A DNA stretch of 64,000 bases from positions 59,272,001 through 59,336,000 of the forward strand of contig NW_027361829.1 in the NCBI RefSeq assembly GCF_039654945.1, written 5' to 3'. Below, piece after piece: positions 1 to 11,960 of the stretch (within the stretch, counting starts at the first letter, position 1; each line of letters begins with the position of its first letter). The position numbers were made by a program, and so were the translations under genes. Origin of the DNA: Dendrobates tinctorius. Taxonomy: Eukaryota. The notes beneath the pieces were generated by a model. The model made no database searches. It had not been told where the DNA came from and saw only the letters and a program-made list of their open reading frames with translations.

Positions 1-396
1 CGTCCTCTTCTCCCGTCCTGTTATGGCTCTGGCAAAGGCGCATTGCTCTGCCCTGTTGAGGGCACAGCAGAGTCCTGCAGTGCGCAGGTGCCAGACCTCT
101 CCCAATGCCTGCGCACTGCAGGACTCTGCTCTGCCCTCAACAGGCAGAGCAATGCGCCTGCGCCGGAGCCATTACAGGACGGGAGAAGAGGACGTCATCG
201 CAAGAAGGGAGGCGCCGGATGGGACGGCGACACCCATCGGACCGTACCGCCCACCTCGGTGAGTATAATATAACGTGTTTTTCTTCTCTTTCAGGTTACA
301 TCGAAAGCTTATCTACAGCAGTACAGAATGCTGTAGATAAGCCCCCGATGTCTAAGCCGGCAGCTGCAAGGCCAAAAAAAGGGTGACAGATTCCCT
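1..396. mobile_element. Right part of a T2/Kolobok-type TTAA MITE
   Basis: Ends ...gggtgacagattccct followed by TTAA (397-400); GC-rich internally palindromic body. Confidence 0.65.
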
Positions 397-488
397 TTAA
401 GACATTCTCCAGACCAGTAACTGAGCTGGTCCTATTGTTGTCTTCTGAGAAAAAGAATAGTGGAATCCGTTTGATGCCAGACGGGGAG

Positions 489-1033
489 TGTTCTGTCGCC
501 AACATTTGATTTATAATCCTTTATAATTATCTGCTTGTTAATGTTTACAGTGTTTTCTTTGGCTCCATCTAGTGACCAGAGTCATAACCGCAGTGTGTTT
601 TACTTTCAGTTTGCTGTATTTCACTCCGTTGCAGTGCATCTTGGTAAGATTTGCAATGCACTCTGGTAGCCTTTTGCAAAGGATTATTGTATTTCCCTCC
701 AGTCCACCATTTTCCTTCAGCATGCATTCAGGAAGCATCTCATTTCTCTTCTCCCCTTGTGATAGCATCGCTGGTATGTATTTATGTTTCCTGTATCCAA
801 TTCCTGTCTCATACTAGCCTGCTTAGTTAGTTCTCCCCTGATTAACTATTAGTGCAGATGATGTATTATGTATATATGAATCCCTGATGAACCCAGTATT
901 GACTGTATACATATATGTTTGTATTGTAGTTTCACCGTGCCAATATACCATCACGTTCAATAAAGCACAGATTCAACCTACAGTCGCCTTATTGGATCCC
1001 GGTATAGTGGTTTAGCTGCCTGTATAAGCCACA
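489..1033 (+). mobile_element. Degenerate solo LTR related to the one at 2739-3436
   Basis: Starts tgttctg. Shares ccatctagtg and the 3' block aataaa...ctacagtc..cttatt.g....agtggttta.gct with 2739-3436. The 3' end and TSD are not resolved. Confidence 0.45.
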
Positions 1034-1212
1034 TGAATTCTGCTTCTTTTAGTGAAGAGGCTACAGCACTTTCATGAGTTTTACAATCCCTTCAAACAGC
1101 TTATGTTCGAGGTAGCCAAAAGTCAAATCCCCATTGGTCTAATATTGCTGACATATTCTAAAGGTAGACTATCAATATTGTCAAGTAATCTTGGACTGAT
1201 AACTTTAATTAC

Positions 1213-1308
1213 CTGGAGTTTCTTTTGCTGGATTTTGTCTTGTAGAATTGAAAGGCACTTTGTAAAATCAGTGAAGTCTTGGTCTGGTGTTTCCAGGAAT
1301 TCACATCC
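1213..1308 (-). CDS. TPK1: Thiamine pyrophosphokinase 1, next internal coding exon (96 nt)
   Basis: Minus strand: tttgtatgtttatag|GGA TGT GAA ... CTC CAG|gtaatt = GCEFLETPDQDFTDFTKCLSILQDKIQQKKLQ. Matches TPK1 GCELISTPDQDHTDFTKCL and joins in frame with the 20111-20183 exon. Confidence 0.95.
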
Positions 1309-1834
1309 CTATAAACATACAAAAAGATAGCAGAAAATAATAATAAAAAAAACAAATAACATTATTCAAGCCTCAACAGATTACTATAACACAAAAACAA
1401 AATAGTAGCACAAGAAAATAAGAATTGTACTGCAGCAATGCATTATAGTTTCCTATGAAATTCAGGAAGTGCTGGTCATAGAAATCGAAGCATTGCAATC
1501 AAAAAAATTCCTTTTCTTCAGTAAATGACAATATCTGATCTGTACAGTTATAAAGGCAGCACTTAAGGAAATTATATAATCAGAATATTAATTGGGTTCA
1601 GCCAGGAATAGGTTCTCTTTTAATTATCTTTTTTTATTTTAAAACAATACATTTTGTAGGTTTTTTTTTCAATACAATTTTTACTTTTGGCATGCAACAT
1701 GTTCAAGTTATAAAGTAGTTCTAATGTTTACAAGTGTGATAGAATATAATTAATAAAAAGCTATGAAAACCTTTGCAACGATATTTTTTTACTGTTCACT
1801 TTCTTTCTAAAGAAATACATACATATGTAATAAT

Positions 1835-3640
1835 CCAAACAGTATAATGGCCCCACAGTCCTACATACAGTATAATTGCCCTCACATAGCCTTCCATACA
1901 GTATAATGGGCCACCTATAGACCTCTATACAGTATAAAGGCCCTACATAGTCCTGCATACTGAATAATGGCTCCACATAGTCCTCCATACAGAATAATGG
2001 GCCCCACATAGACCTCTATATAGGATAATGGGCCCCATATAGTCCTCCATACAGTATAATGGCCCCACATAGTCCTCCATACATAATAATGGGCTCCACA
2101 TACTTAGTCCTATATACAGTACAATGAGCCCCACACAGTCATCCATATAGTATAAAGGCCCCACATAGTCATCCATACAGTATAATAGCCCCACATAGTC
2201 CTCCATACATAATAATGGGCTCCACAAACATAGTCCTATATACAGTATAATGAGCCCCACACAGTCATCCATATAGTATAAAGGCCCCACATAGTCATCC
2301 ATACAGTATAATGACCCCACATAGTCCTCCATATAGTATAATGACCCCAAATTGTCCTCCATACAGTATAATGGCCTTACATAGTGCTCCATACAGTATA
2401 ATGGTGTCACATTGTCATCCATACACTATAATGGCCCCCACATACATAGTCATCCATACAGTATAAAGCCCCACCATAGACCTCCATACAGAATAATGGG
2501 TCCCACATAGTCCTCTATACAGAATAATGGGCCCCATAAAGTTTTCCATATAGTACAATGGCTCCACATTGCCCTCCATAAAGTATAATGGCCACGCATA
2601 ACCATTTATACAGAATAATGAGTCCTACACAGTCATCCATACAGAATAATGGCTCCACATACTCCCCCATACAGAAAAATGGGTCCTACATAGTCCTCTA
2701 TACAGAAGAATAGGCCCCACATAGACATACATACAGAATGTTCTGCCCTCTGAATATAGGGCAGCCTGTTGAGTTATGTGCTCTGAATAAAGCAATCTGT
2801 TTGTATTATGTGTTGGGTTAATTATAGCACCATCTAGTGGTGGCTGAATTTATAGCTTAGTCTTAAACAGCATTCACAGCCTGTGCCTTTAACAGATGCA
2901 ATGCACTTTGGGATTGAAGCAATGCATGTGGTAACAAAGCAGTGTATTCTGGGATGAAGGAGACTCCATCTTCTTTTTGTGTATCTCATAGGATGCACAT
3001 GTGAATTTTGTCCTCCTGTTTAATCCTTGTTTTCCTGTGACTTCTCTACTTGAGTCGCTATCTGGGTAAAGCATATCTGGTAAGAATCAGTGTTTTCTTG
3101 CAATGCAGTGATTTACAGAGATGTTATTTACTGTCTAGCAGCCTGGAGATGTCATTAACTGTTTAGCTACCAGTTCACAGTGAATGTAATAAGGGACTCA
3201 TGTATTCTCACGTTATGTTTGCATCACTGTACACTTTCTATAAATGTATTAGCTGTGTTATCATCTGCCGAATACTTACCTATGTCATTTTGTATTCCTT
3301 GTAGTTTTACCACGCATGTTCTATACTGTTCACCAATAAACAAGATAGACTACAGTCTGCTTATTTGGAACACAGAACAGTGGTTTATGCTAGATGCGCA
3401 ATTGCACACCGTGACAATGTGTATGAAGGCAGAACACAGAATAATGGCCCCCACATACATAGTCCTCCATACAGAATAATGGGTTCCTCATACATAGTTT
3501 TCTATACAGTGTAATGGGCCCCACAGTCATCCAGATAGCATAATGGCCACATATAGTCCTCCATACAGTATAATGGCCTTACATAGTGCTCCATGCAGTA
3601 TAATGGGCACCACATAGTCCTTCACACAGCCTAACGTGCC
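1835..3640. repeat. ~30-bp minisatellite (atacagtataatggccccacatagtcctcc)n, split by a solo LTR; probably internal to a hAT-like element with an end at ~3980
   Basis: Dozens of visible tandem units. Produces the repetitive ORFs 1761-2009 and 1943-2422. tggcaacccctg near 3973-3984 resembles a hAT terminus. Confidence 0.85.
2739..3436 (+). mobile_element. Solo LTR (698 bp), 5-bp TSD
   Basis: TG...CA ends with inverted termini tgttctgccctc / gaaggcagaaca. TSD cagaa at 2734-2738 and 3437-3441. AATAAA at ~3335. Confidence 0.85.
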
Positions 3641-3999
3641 TCACATTAAAAAAAAAATAAAACAAATCCTCACCTCTCCTCATTCCCTGCTGCTCCAGTC
3701 TCCTCAGCATGTTTTTTGAAGCTCTGCACTACAGCACAGAGAGTGTTAAATAGTGACATCATTGTGCTCGCTGCGCTAAGATGTCAGAGGCAGAATGATG
3801 GTTGAGAGAACACCAGCTGATGTGTCCTCTTCCATCATTGAAAGTGTGATACCAGGAGGAGAGGGGGCAATCTATGACAGCGGCATTTAACATGCACGCG
3901 CTGGAAGCAAGGTTGCAAACCACACCCATCAGCGCCCATGTTACATGACTGTGGGTCACCGATCGGTTCGAATGGCAACCCCTGTGGTTGACATTACCA

Positions 4000-5133
4000 G
4001 ATAGCTAGCAAGCAAGCATTTCTGCTACACAGAGCAAGGCTGCTGTGTGTATCACAGGCAATCAAATGATTGCAGCTTCTAGTCTCACATGGAGGCTATT
4101 AAAGCAAGTAAAAAGTGGAAAAAAATGTTTTTAAAAATATTAAAAAAATAAGGAAAATAAAAAATACACATATTTGGTATCACCGCATTCAGAATCACCC
4201 GATCTATCAATGTATAAAAAGAATTACCGTATATACTCGAGTATAAGCCTACCCGAGTATAAGCCGGGGCACTTAAATTTGCCTTGAAAAACTGGGTAAG
4301 CTTATGGACTCGAGTATAAGCCAGGTATGCATTGTCCTCTCATCCCTATCCTGGTATGCATGGCTCCCCCCATCCCTGTCATGGTATGCATGACTACTTA
4401 TCCCCTATCCTTGTATGTATGGCTATTTATCCCCTATGATTGTAAGCATGACCCCTGTTAAAAAAAAAAAAACAAAAAACCCAACATCCTATTTACCTGC
4501 CTGCGCGCCCTCGCTGCATCTCATTCTGGCGCCAGCATCTCTTCCGGCTGGGCCCCGCTCAATGTGCACTCCACGCCTATGGGAGTGGAGAGGCATGCAT
4601 ATTCATTACCTTAATGAGCGGGGCCACGTGATCGCTTGGCCGGAAGAGCTGCTGGTGCCAGAACGAACGAGATGCAGTGCCAGCGAGGGCATGCAGGTAG
4701 GCGAGTAGGATGTGTGCTGGAAGACTGTGGCTGCAGATGGCACTGTGCACTATTACAGCAGCGGCACAGACATTAGCCACATCCGCTGGTTCCTGCCCCT
4801 GTGACCCGCTGCTCCCCCTTCCCCGCCGTCTTTCTGGGACAGTTGACTCCTGTATAAGCTGAGGGGGGTTTTTTCAGCACAAAAAAAGGTGCTTATACAC
4901 AAGCATATATGGTAATCCATAAACTGCGTAAAGCGAAAAAAAATCAAAACTCCAGAATTACGTTTTTTTGGTCGCCGCAACATTGCATTAAAATGCAATA
5001 ATGGGCGATCAAAACATTGTATCTACCCCCAAATGGTGTCAATAAAAACGTCAGCTCGGCATGCAAAAATAAGCCCGCAACCAGCTCCAGATTATGAAAA
5101 ATGGAGACGCTACGAGTCTCGGAAAATGGCAAC

Positions 5134-5164
<31 letters not shown>

Positions 5165-5505
5165 CTTTGGATTTTTTTCACCACTTAGATAAAAAGAACC
5201 TATACATGTTTGGTGTCTATGAACTTGTAATGAACTGGAGAATCATAATGGCAGGGCAGTTATAGCATTTAGCAAACCAAAAAAAAATTGTAGAATTGCA
5301 TTTTTTTGTAATTTCACCGCCCTTTGAATTTTTTTTCCTGTTTTCCAGCACACTATTTGTTAAAACAAAGTGTGTCATTCTGTGTGTCGTAAAAAACAAG
5401 CCCTCATATGGCCATATTGACAGAAAAATAAAGTTATGGCTCTGGGAAGAAGGGGAGCAAAATTCAGAGACACAAAAACGGAAATACCCCTGGTCTATAA
5501 AGGGT
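4000..5505. mobile_element. Partial non-autonomous TTAA (piggyBac-like) element, related to 47478-48560 in opposite orientation
   Basis: Shared blocks (gtcagctcggc, gtctcggaaaatgg, aaaaacaagccctcatatggcc); ends ...aagggtta. Confidence 0.55.
4227..4912. mobile_element. Tc1/mariner-superfamily (Tc2/pogo-type) MITE, TA TSD
   Basis: ta|ccgtatatactcgagtataagc ... gcttatacacaagcatatatgg|ta; inserted into the 4000-5505 element. Confidence 0.75.
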
Positions 5506-5622
5506 TACCCTAATTATGTTTTGGTACCTGTTTATCGTAAGTGTGTACAAGTTCACGTTACTGATACCTTGCTGTTACTGATATTACTTGAGCGCTTTAT
5601 ACCTTACAATGGTTCTTTACAC

Positions 5623-5783
5623 CATGGTTCCCCAACTCCAGTCCTCAAGGTCCACCAACAGATCATGTTTTCAGGATTTCCTTAGTATTGCTCAGGTGAT
5701 AATTGCATCACCTGTGCAATGCAAAGGAAATCCTGAAACATGATCTGTTGGTGGGCGTTGAGGATTGGAGTTGGGCAACCCTG
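5623..5783. mobile_element. Small palindromic hAT MITE, 8-bp TSD ctttacac
   Basis: Near-perfect fold-back (ca.ggtt.cccaactcca ... tggagttgggcaaccctg). Left TSD 5615-5622; right TSD interrupted by the next MITE. Confidence 0.8.
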
Positions 5784-5788
5784 CTTTA

Positions 5789-6170
5789 GGCTATGTGCCC
5801 ATGTAGCATTTTTTAAACGCTCAGGAAACGGGTTCTCCTTCCCAGAAAACGCATGTTTTTTTTCCACGCGTTTTTGCAGCGATTTTTCCGCTTTTTTTGT
5901 GCCAAAACACGCGTTTTTGATGCGTTTTTTCCGCGCATCTTTTGGACTATAGGAAATGGCCAAAAACACGGACCTAAGCAGAAATTAATGAACATGCTGC
6001 GTTTTTTACCGCTACGCGTTTCCTTAGCGGTAAAAAAACGCATCCATTGGCACAAAAAGGCCAAAATGCATTTAAATGAATGGGATGCTTCTTTTAAGCG
6101 TTTTTGATGCGGTTTGAACCCGAAAAACACATTAAAAATGCTTAAAAAAACGCTACGTGGGCACACAGCC
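5789..6170. mobile_element. PIF/Harbinger-type MITE, TTA TSD
   Basis: tta|ggctatgtgcccatgtagc ... gctacgtgggcacacagcc|tta; same family as 45362-45738. Confidence 0.85.
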
Positions 6171-6980
6171 TTACACTGTTTTTCACCAACAGTACTTCTT
6201 GCTTCTCTAGTCCCAAATTAAGGCTGTTTTACACATATCTTTTTGCCTTTTTCCCAGAATCACATAGCCTTTCCCATATTTCTTGGTCATTCTAGTTTTA
6301 CTGCAGTATGCTGTGTTTTCTAATGAATTTACATATCAATAAAAATCTGTATTTTATTTTTCAATTTATCTTGCTTTGCTTTTCATTTGAGGTTTAGCAA
6401 ACATAGGAGACTGCCAATTGAGAGGTATAAAAAGGTGTTCACTGATGTAATAATAGCAAGTCCTTTACAGAAAATGTACTTTCTAGAAAGTCTGTGGGTG
6501 CAGTCCTCCAAACGCAAAGTACTTTTTAATATTTTATTAGGGTGACTTTCCAATGAGAAGTCATAGTGATTGAGAACTGTGTATAAAAAAAAGTCCTGAA
6601 CATACTATAGATCTTTGACTATACTGTAGTATTCTGCTTCTGCCAAAAATTGTGAAGAGTGATATACATTGGACTTTGGAATGGTTTTACTGTTCATCTA
6701 CTTTAATAGACTGAAACTCTACACAAATCACTGTCCATCATTATTGGAAAATTTGTTGTGTACGCTTTCACCTTGGTAGAAATGAACAATCAATTAACAA
6801 CCTTTGTGTGCAAAGAGCTCTATGAATATTAGATGGCACACATATCTCATTTAAGCAAGCACACAAGCACCATGACTGTGACCAGGGGCCGCCAAGACAG
6901 GTAAATAGTGCTTACTGTATGAAGGTGATTACATTGAAAACCTAATTTTAATATCAATTAGAAGATGTTCATACTATTGT

Positions 6981-7940
6981 TGTTAGGCGTCGGGTTCCTG
7001 TCGCTGCACAGCAGGAATCCCGAGCTTTACTTCCGGTGGTCTCCTATTCCTCTCCAGCCGCAGAGGAGGTTGCTCAGCAAACTCGTCGGTCCCGGTGCTC
7101 TGCCCAGACCAGCTCCATGGGTTTGCTTGCTGCTGCCACCTCTGGCACAGCTATGGCAATGCATGCTGCTCAGCAACGAGATTCTCCAGGGACTAAGTCC
7201 CCATGTCGGGTCACTGAGCATGCCTGTGGAGTGATCTCTCATTGGAGATCAAGGGTCACGTGCTCAGGTCCTGCTCGTGTTCGGATTGGTCCATCCGAGA
7301 AGGAAGGTCCCAGACGCTCGCGGCTATAAAAGGTTCGCATGGCCGCTCGGCCATGCGCTAGGATAGCCTGTATTTTCAGACTTTTAAGGAGTGAGTGGTG
7401 TATGCATGTATGAATGTCTCTGGTGACTGACTCATTATGAAACCCCTACCCTTGGTATGCATGTGTTGTGCAGCCTAGACTGCTAGCACCCAGGCTTAGG
7501 TGTAGGTAGGTCAGAGTTTGAGTCAGGCATTAGCCATCATCAGTGACTCGGCATGCCTCAGTGCCCCGTGCTCCACACTCCATAGTCAGCGTTTATAGCG
7601 GCGCTCGTGGCAGCGACGCAGTGCGCTCAGTGAGCCTAGAAAGACTCTAACCCCGTGTCCTTAGGGTAGAGTTCTGTGGCCGCTTGCTGTGAGCTCTTTG
7701 GCCGGGCTCTGTGAGTTAAACAGGCTCCGGCATCCACGTTCAGCGGCTGTGCGGCTCTGTGAATTTACAGAGTCAGCTCCTGTTCACATTGGGTGACGTA
7801 ACCCACGTGTGACTGTTTTTACGCCGCTCTATTCTTCCACCATTACTTAGCAACAGTGTACCACCTCTGTACGGTGGACCCCGGGCTGCGAACGCACCTA
7901 CTATTATTTTATAATTTGGTGCGTTCCGCCAGTCCTAACA
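6981..7940 (+). repeat. 5' LTR (960 bp) with TATAAAA at 7325
   Basis: TGTTAGG...CCTAACA inverted termini; aligns with 12938-14456. Confidence 0.92.
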
Positions 7941-7941
7941 T

Positions 7942-7952
7942 TATCCTAGCGC
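7942..7952 (+). promoter_or_regulatory. Self-priming PBS (tatcctagcgc), complementary to the predicted transcript 5' end at 7355-7365
   Basis: No TGG tRNA-type PBS. The reverse complement gcgctaggata occurs exactly 30 nt after the start of the LTR TATA box. Confidence 0.85.
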
Positions 7953-7996
7953 CAGGGTCTGGCTAGTAACAGCGACTGCTGCAGAACATTCAGCAA

Positions 7997-8833
7997 ATGC
8001 AGGGCAGATTGGCGGCTCTCGAGCATCCAGCCTCAGCTGCGGATGTTACTGCGGTCGCTGTTCAGGCAGCCACAGAGGCTGTCTCCCGTGTGACCACTGC
8101 CATCCCTGCCCCGACTTTGTCCCGCCTCCCACTGCCCGAGAAGTTCTCGGGTGATATTGCCTCTTGTAGGGGTTTCGTGAGCTAGTGCTCGATACAGCTG
8201 GAGCTGCTGGCCGCACGATTCCCCTCCGAGTGGGCCAAAGTGGGATTTATTATTTCCCTCTTGTCGGGCAGGGCTTTGGAGTGGGCCACACCGCTGTGGG
8301 AGCGTGGTGATCATGTGGTGCAGAGTGCCTCTCAGTTCTTGGACACTGTGAAGCATGTCTTCCTGGGACCGCGAGTCACCCATGACACCGTGCTCCGGCT
8401 GCTGGCATTGTCACAGGGTTTGTCCATGGTCAGCCACTTTGCCATCCAGTTCCGGACGCTGGCCTCGGAGTTAGAGTGGCCAGATAAGGTCCTCATTCCG
8501 GCATTCTGGAGAGGTTTGGCTGGCCATGAGGACGCTCTGGCCACCAGTGAGATTCCTGCTACACTGGAGGAGCTTATCACCGTCTCCACCCGTATAGACC
8601 TTCGCTTTGCCGAGCGAAGGTTGGAGCGGTCCCAGTGTAGGCAGAGGTTTAGGATGGCATCCAGTTTTGCTAAACCTCTGGAATCTCCCGATCGGGCATC
8701 CGAGCGTCAGGTGGCTTCCCGCAAGGGATCCAGGCCCCGGCCCGCTCGACCCCTGTGATCTGTCATGGTTGCCGACAGTCCGGTCACTTTGCCAACCAGT
8801 GCCCACAGCGGCTGGGAAGGCGCTCGCCCCTAG
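7997..8833 (+). pseudogene. gag (Retrotrans_gag, PEG10/RTL1-like capsid + CCHC knuckle), disrupted
   Basis: LPLPEKFSGD...CRGF, KVGFIISLLSGRALEWATPLWE, CHGCRQSGHFANQCP; in-frame TAG at 8183 and a frameshift near 8700-8755. Confidence 0.9.
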
Positions 8834-11800
8834 TGGCCGTAGGAGGCGGCTCACTAGAATCCGCTGCATTTTCCTCCAAGTTGTCCTTTAAGGGGACACT
8901 TGGGTTTGGTTCTTCCACTCTGGCGGTGGAGGTTTGCGTGGATTCCGGAGCGGAGGGTAATTTTATGTCATCTGCTTTTGCTCAACGGCACACGATACCA
9001 CTGCTTATGATGTCCAAGCCAGTCACCATCAGTGTAGTGAATGGCGCGACTCTGCCCTCACAGATTACCCACCAAACCGCACCACTGTTACTCTCGGTGT
9101 CTCCATCTCATCAGGAGACGATACCCTCGGGCATGACGAGGAGGGATATCAACCAGGTCCTTCTAGGGATCCCCTGGTTGCGGTATCACTCTCCCCATAT
9201 AGAGTGGTCCTTGGGGAGAATTCTTGGTTGGAGTAAGTCATGTGAAGGTAGAGGTCTGAAGGAATGCGTCCAGGTTGCCTCCACCGAGGTCCCCGCAGAT
9301 CGTTCCTCACTTCCCAAACACTATCGACAATATGCGGACGTGTTCTCCAAAAAGGCGGCGGAGACACTTCCACCGCATTGCCCCTATGACTGTCCTATTG
9401 ACCTCTTTCCTGGTGCTGAGCCTCCCCGGGGTCAAGTCTATCCCCTCTCTCTCCCGGAGACAGAGGCCATGTCTCAATACATCAGGGAGAATCTGGCAAG
9501 AGGATTCATTAGGAAGTCAGTGTCACCAGTGGGGCGGGATTCTTCTTCATCCAGAAGAAGAGTGGGGAACTACGTCCTTGCATCAATTACAGGGGTCTTA
9601 ATGCCATCACCGTTAAGAATAAATATCCTCTACCCCTGATATCGGAGCTGTTTGATAGGTTACAGGGAGCGAAAGTGTTCACCAAACTTGATCTGTGGGG
9701 GGCTTACAACCTGATTCGCATCCGTGATGGGGACAAATGGAAGACGGCATTTAACACCTGACACAGGCACTATGAATATCTGGTGATGCCCTGCGGGCTC
9801 TGTAATGCACCAGCCGTCTTCCAAGACTTTGTGAACGATATCTTCTGGGATATGCTTACCACCTCAGTAGTAGTCTATCTGGATGATATTCTCATCTACT
9901 CTCCAGATATTGACTCCCACCGGAGAGATGTTTGCAAAGTTTTCGACCTCCTGTGGGGAAACTCCCTCTATGCCAAGTTGGAGAAGTGTGTGTTTGAGCA
10001 GGAGTCCATGCCTTTCTTGGGGTATATCATCTCTGCCCAGGGTTTGGCCATGGATCCTGCCAAGCTACAGGCGGTGATGGATTGGCAGGAACCCCATTCT
10101 CTCAAAGCGGTGCAGCACTTTATGGGGTTCATAAATTACTATCGCCAATTCATTCCCCACTTCTCAACTTTGGTAGCGCCCTTGGTAGCCCTCACCAAGA
10201 AGGGTGCAAACCCCAAGTTGTGGTCAGAACCTGTCTCCAAGGCCTTCTCCTCTATTAAATCCCATTTCGCTAGCGCTCCCATTCTACATCGCCCTGATGT
10301 GGATAAACCCTTCCTTATGGAGGTGGATGCCTCTTCCGTCGGTGCTGGAGCGGTCCTGTTCCAGAAGGACTCGCAAGGTCGGAAGCACCCATGCTTCTTC
10401 TTCTCCAAGACCTTCACACCAGTGCAGAGGAATTATTCCATTGGCGACAGGGAGTTGCTAGCAATGAAGTTGGCCTTTTCAGAGTGGAGACACCTCCTGG
10501 AGGGGGCTCGTCACCCTTTGCAGGTGTTCACCGACCACAAGAATTTGGTCTATTTACAAACAGCCCAGCGGCTGAATTCTCACCAGGCCAGATGGTCCTT
10601 GTTCTTCTCCCGATTCCACTTCACCCTGCATTTTCTCTCCAGGGAGAAGAACGTCTGGGCCAATGCTCTCTCCCGCTCCATGGTGTCATTGGAGGAGGAG
10701 CAGCCCTGGCTGATAGTCCCGTCTGAGAGCCTGAGGACCGTGGCTCCGGTCTCCCTTGAGTCTGTACCTCCGGGCAAGACTTTTGTCCCTGCCCAACTGC
10801 GACCGGAAGTCATCTCTTGGGCTCATTCGTCCAGGCTGGGTGGACATTTTGGGACCAAATGGACCTCTGAGCTTCTGGCGAGGATGTACTGGTGGCAGCA
10901 TATGGCCTGTGACGTCAGGGACTATATACGGGCATGCGTCTCTTGCGACCAGAATCGGCCCTCTCGGCAGCGGCACACTGGGTTACTCTATCCTCTGCCG
11001 GTTGCTGACAGGCCCTGGGAGATGGTCGGTATGGACTTTGTGGTGGATCTTCCCAAGTCCAGTGGCAGCACCGTCATTTGGGTGATCACCGATTATTTCT
11101 CCAAGATGGTGCATCTGGTACCACTCTCTCGGCTACCTTCGGCACGGGGCCTGGCAGCGTTGTTTATTAAATATGTTTTCTGCCTGCACGGCATGCCGGA
11201 TAAGATTGTCAGCGACCGGGGTCCTCAGTTTGTGTCTCGGTTCTGGAGAGAGCTCTGTTCTCTGCTCAGCATAGAGCTAAATCTCTCCTCGGCCTATCAT
11301 CCCGAGACGAACTGGTTGGTTGGGAGAGCCAACCAGACCCTGGTGACATATCTGCGACATTTTGTCTCGGCCAGGCAGGATGATTGGGCACCCTTGCTGC
11401 CGTTGGCGGAGTTCGCCTTGAACAACCCGGTGGCCGACTTCACCGCTCAGACCCCATTCCTCTTAAATTACGGCCAGCATCCGCGCGTCCCCGTACCCAT
11501 GCCCGTGTCGTCCACCGACTCTAGGGTGGCAGACTGGGTGGTGGAGGCACGTGACATTTGGGATCGCATGCAGGATGCTATCCGGGCCTCCAATGAGAGA
11601 ATGAGGTCCTCCGCTGACACTCGTCGGCGCCCGGCTCTAACCTTCGCCCTTGGTGACATAGTGTGGCTCTCCGCTCGAAAAAAATCAGGCTGCGGGTGGA
11701 ATCCGCTAAGTTCACACCGCGCTATATTGGCCCTTTCAAGGTCCTCGAGCAGATCAACCCTGTGGTCTACCGCCTGGCTCTTCCACCACACTTGACTATC

Positions 11801-11960
11801 TCGGACACGTTTCATGTGTCTCTCCTTAAGCCGGTGCACATGTCCTGGTTTTCTGAGCCATCTGCTGGAACCATCAGACCTGTCGTCAGACGATTTTGAG
11901 GTCAATGCCATCGTGGGATGCGGGATGCAAGATGATGCGGGGCAAATTTTTTTTTACTTA

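Noticed and set aside
884-905. ctgatga motif
   Set aside because: No stem II-GAAA downstream.
1052-1330. 92-aa plus-strand ORF
   Set aside because: Antisense shadow of the TPK1 exon 1213-1308.
1761-2422. Repetitive ORFs (YCMEDYVGPL)n and a CRISPR-like appearance
   Set aside because: Translation of a 30-bp minisatellite; no unique spacers or cas genes; eukaryotic context.
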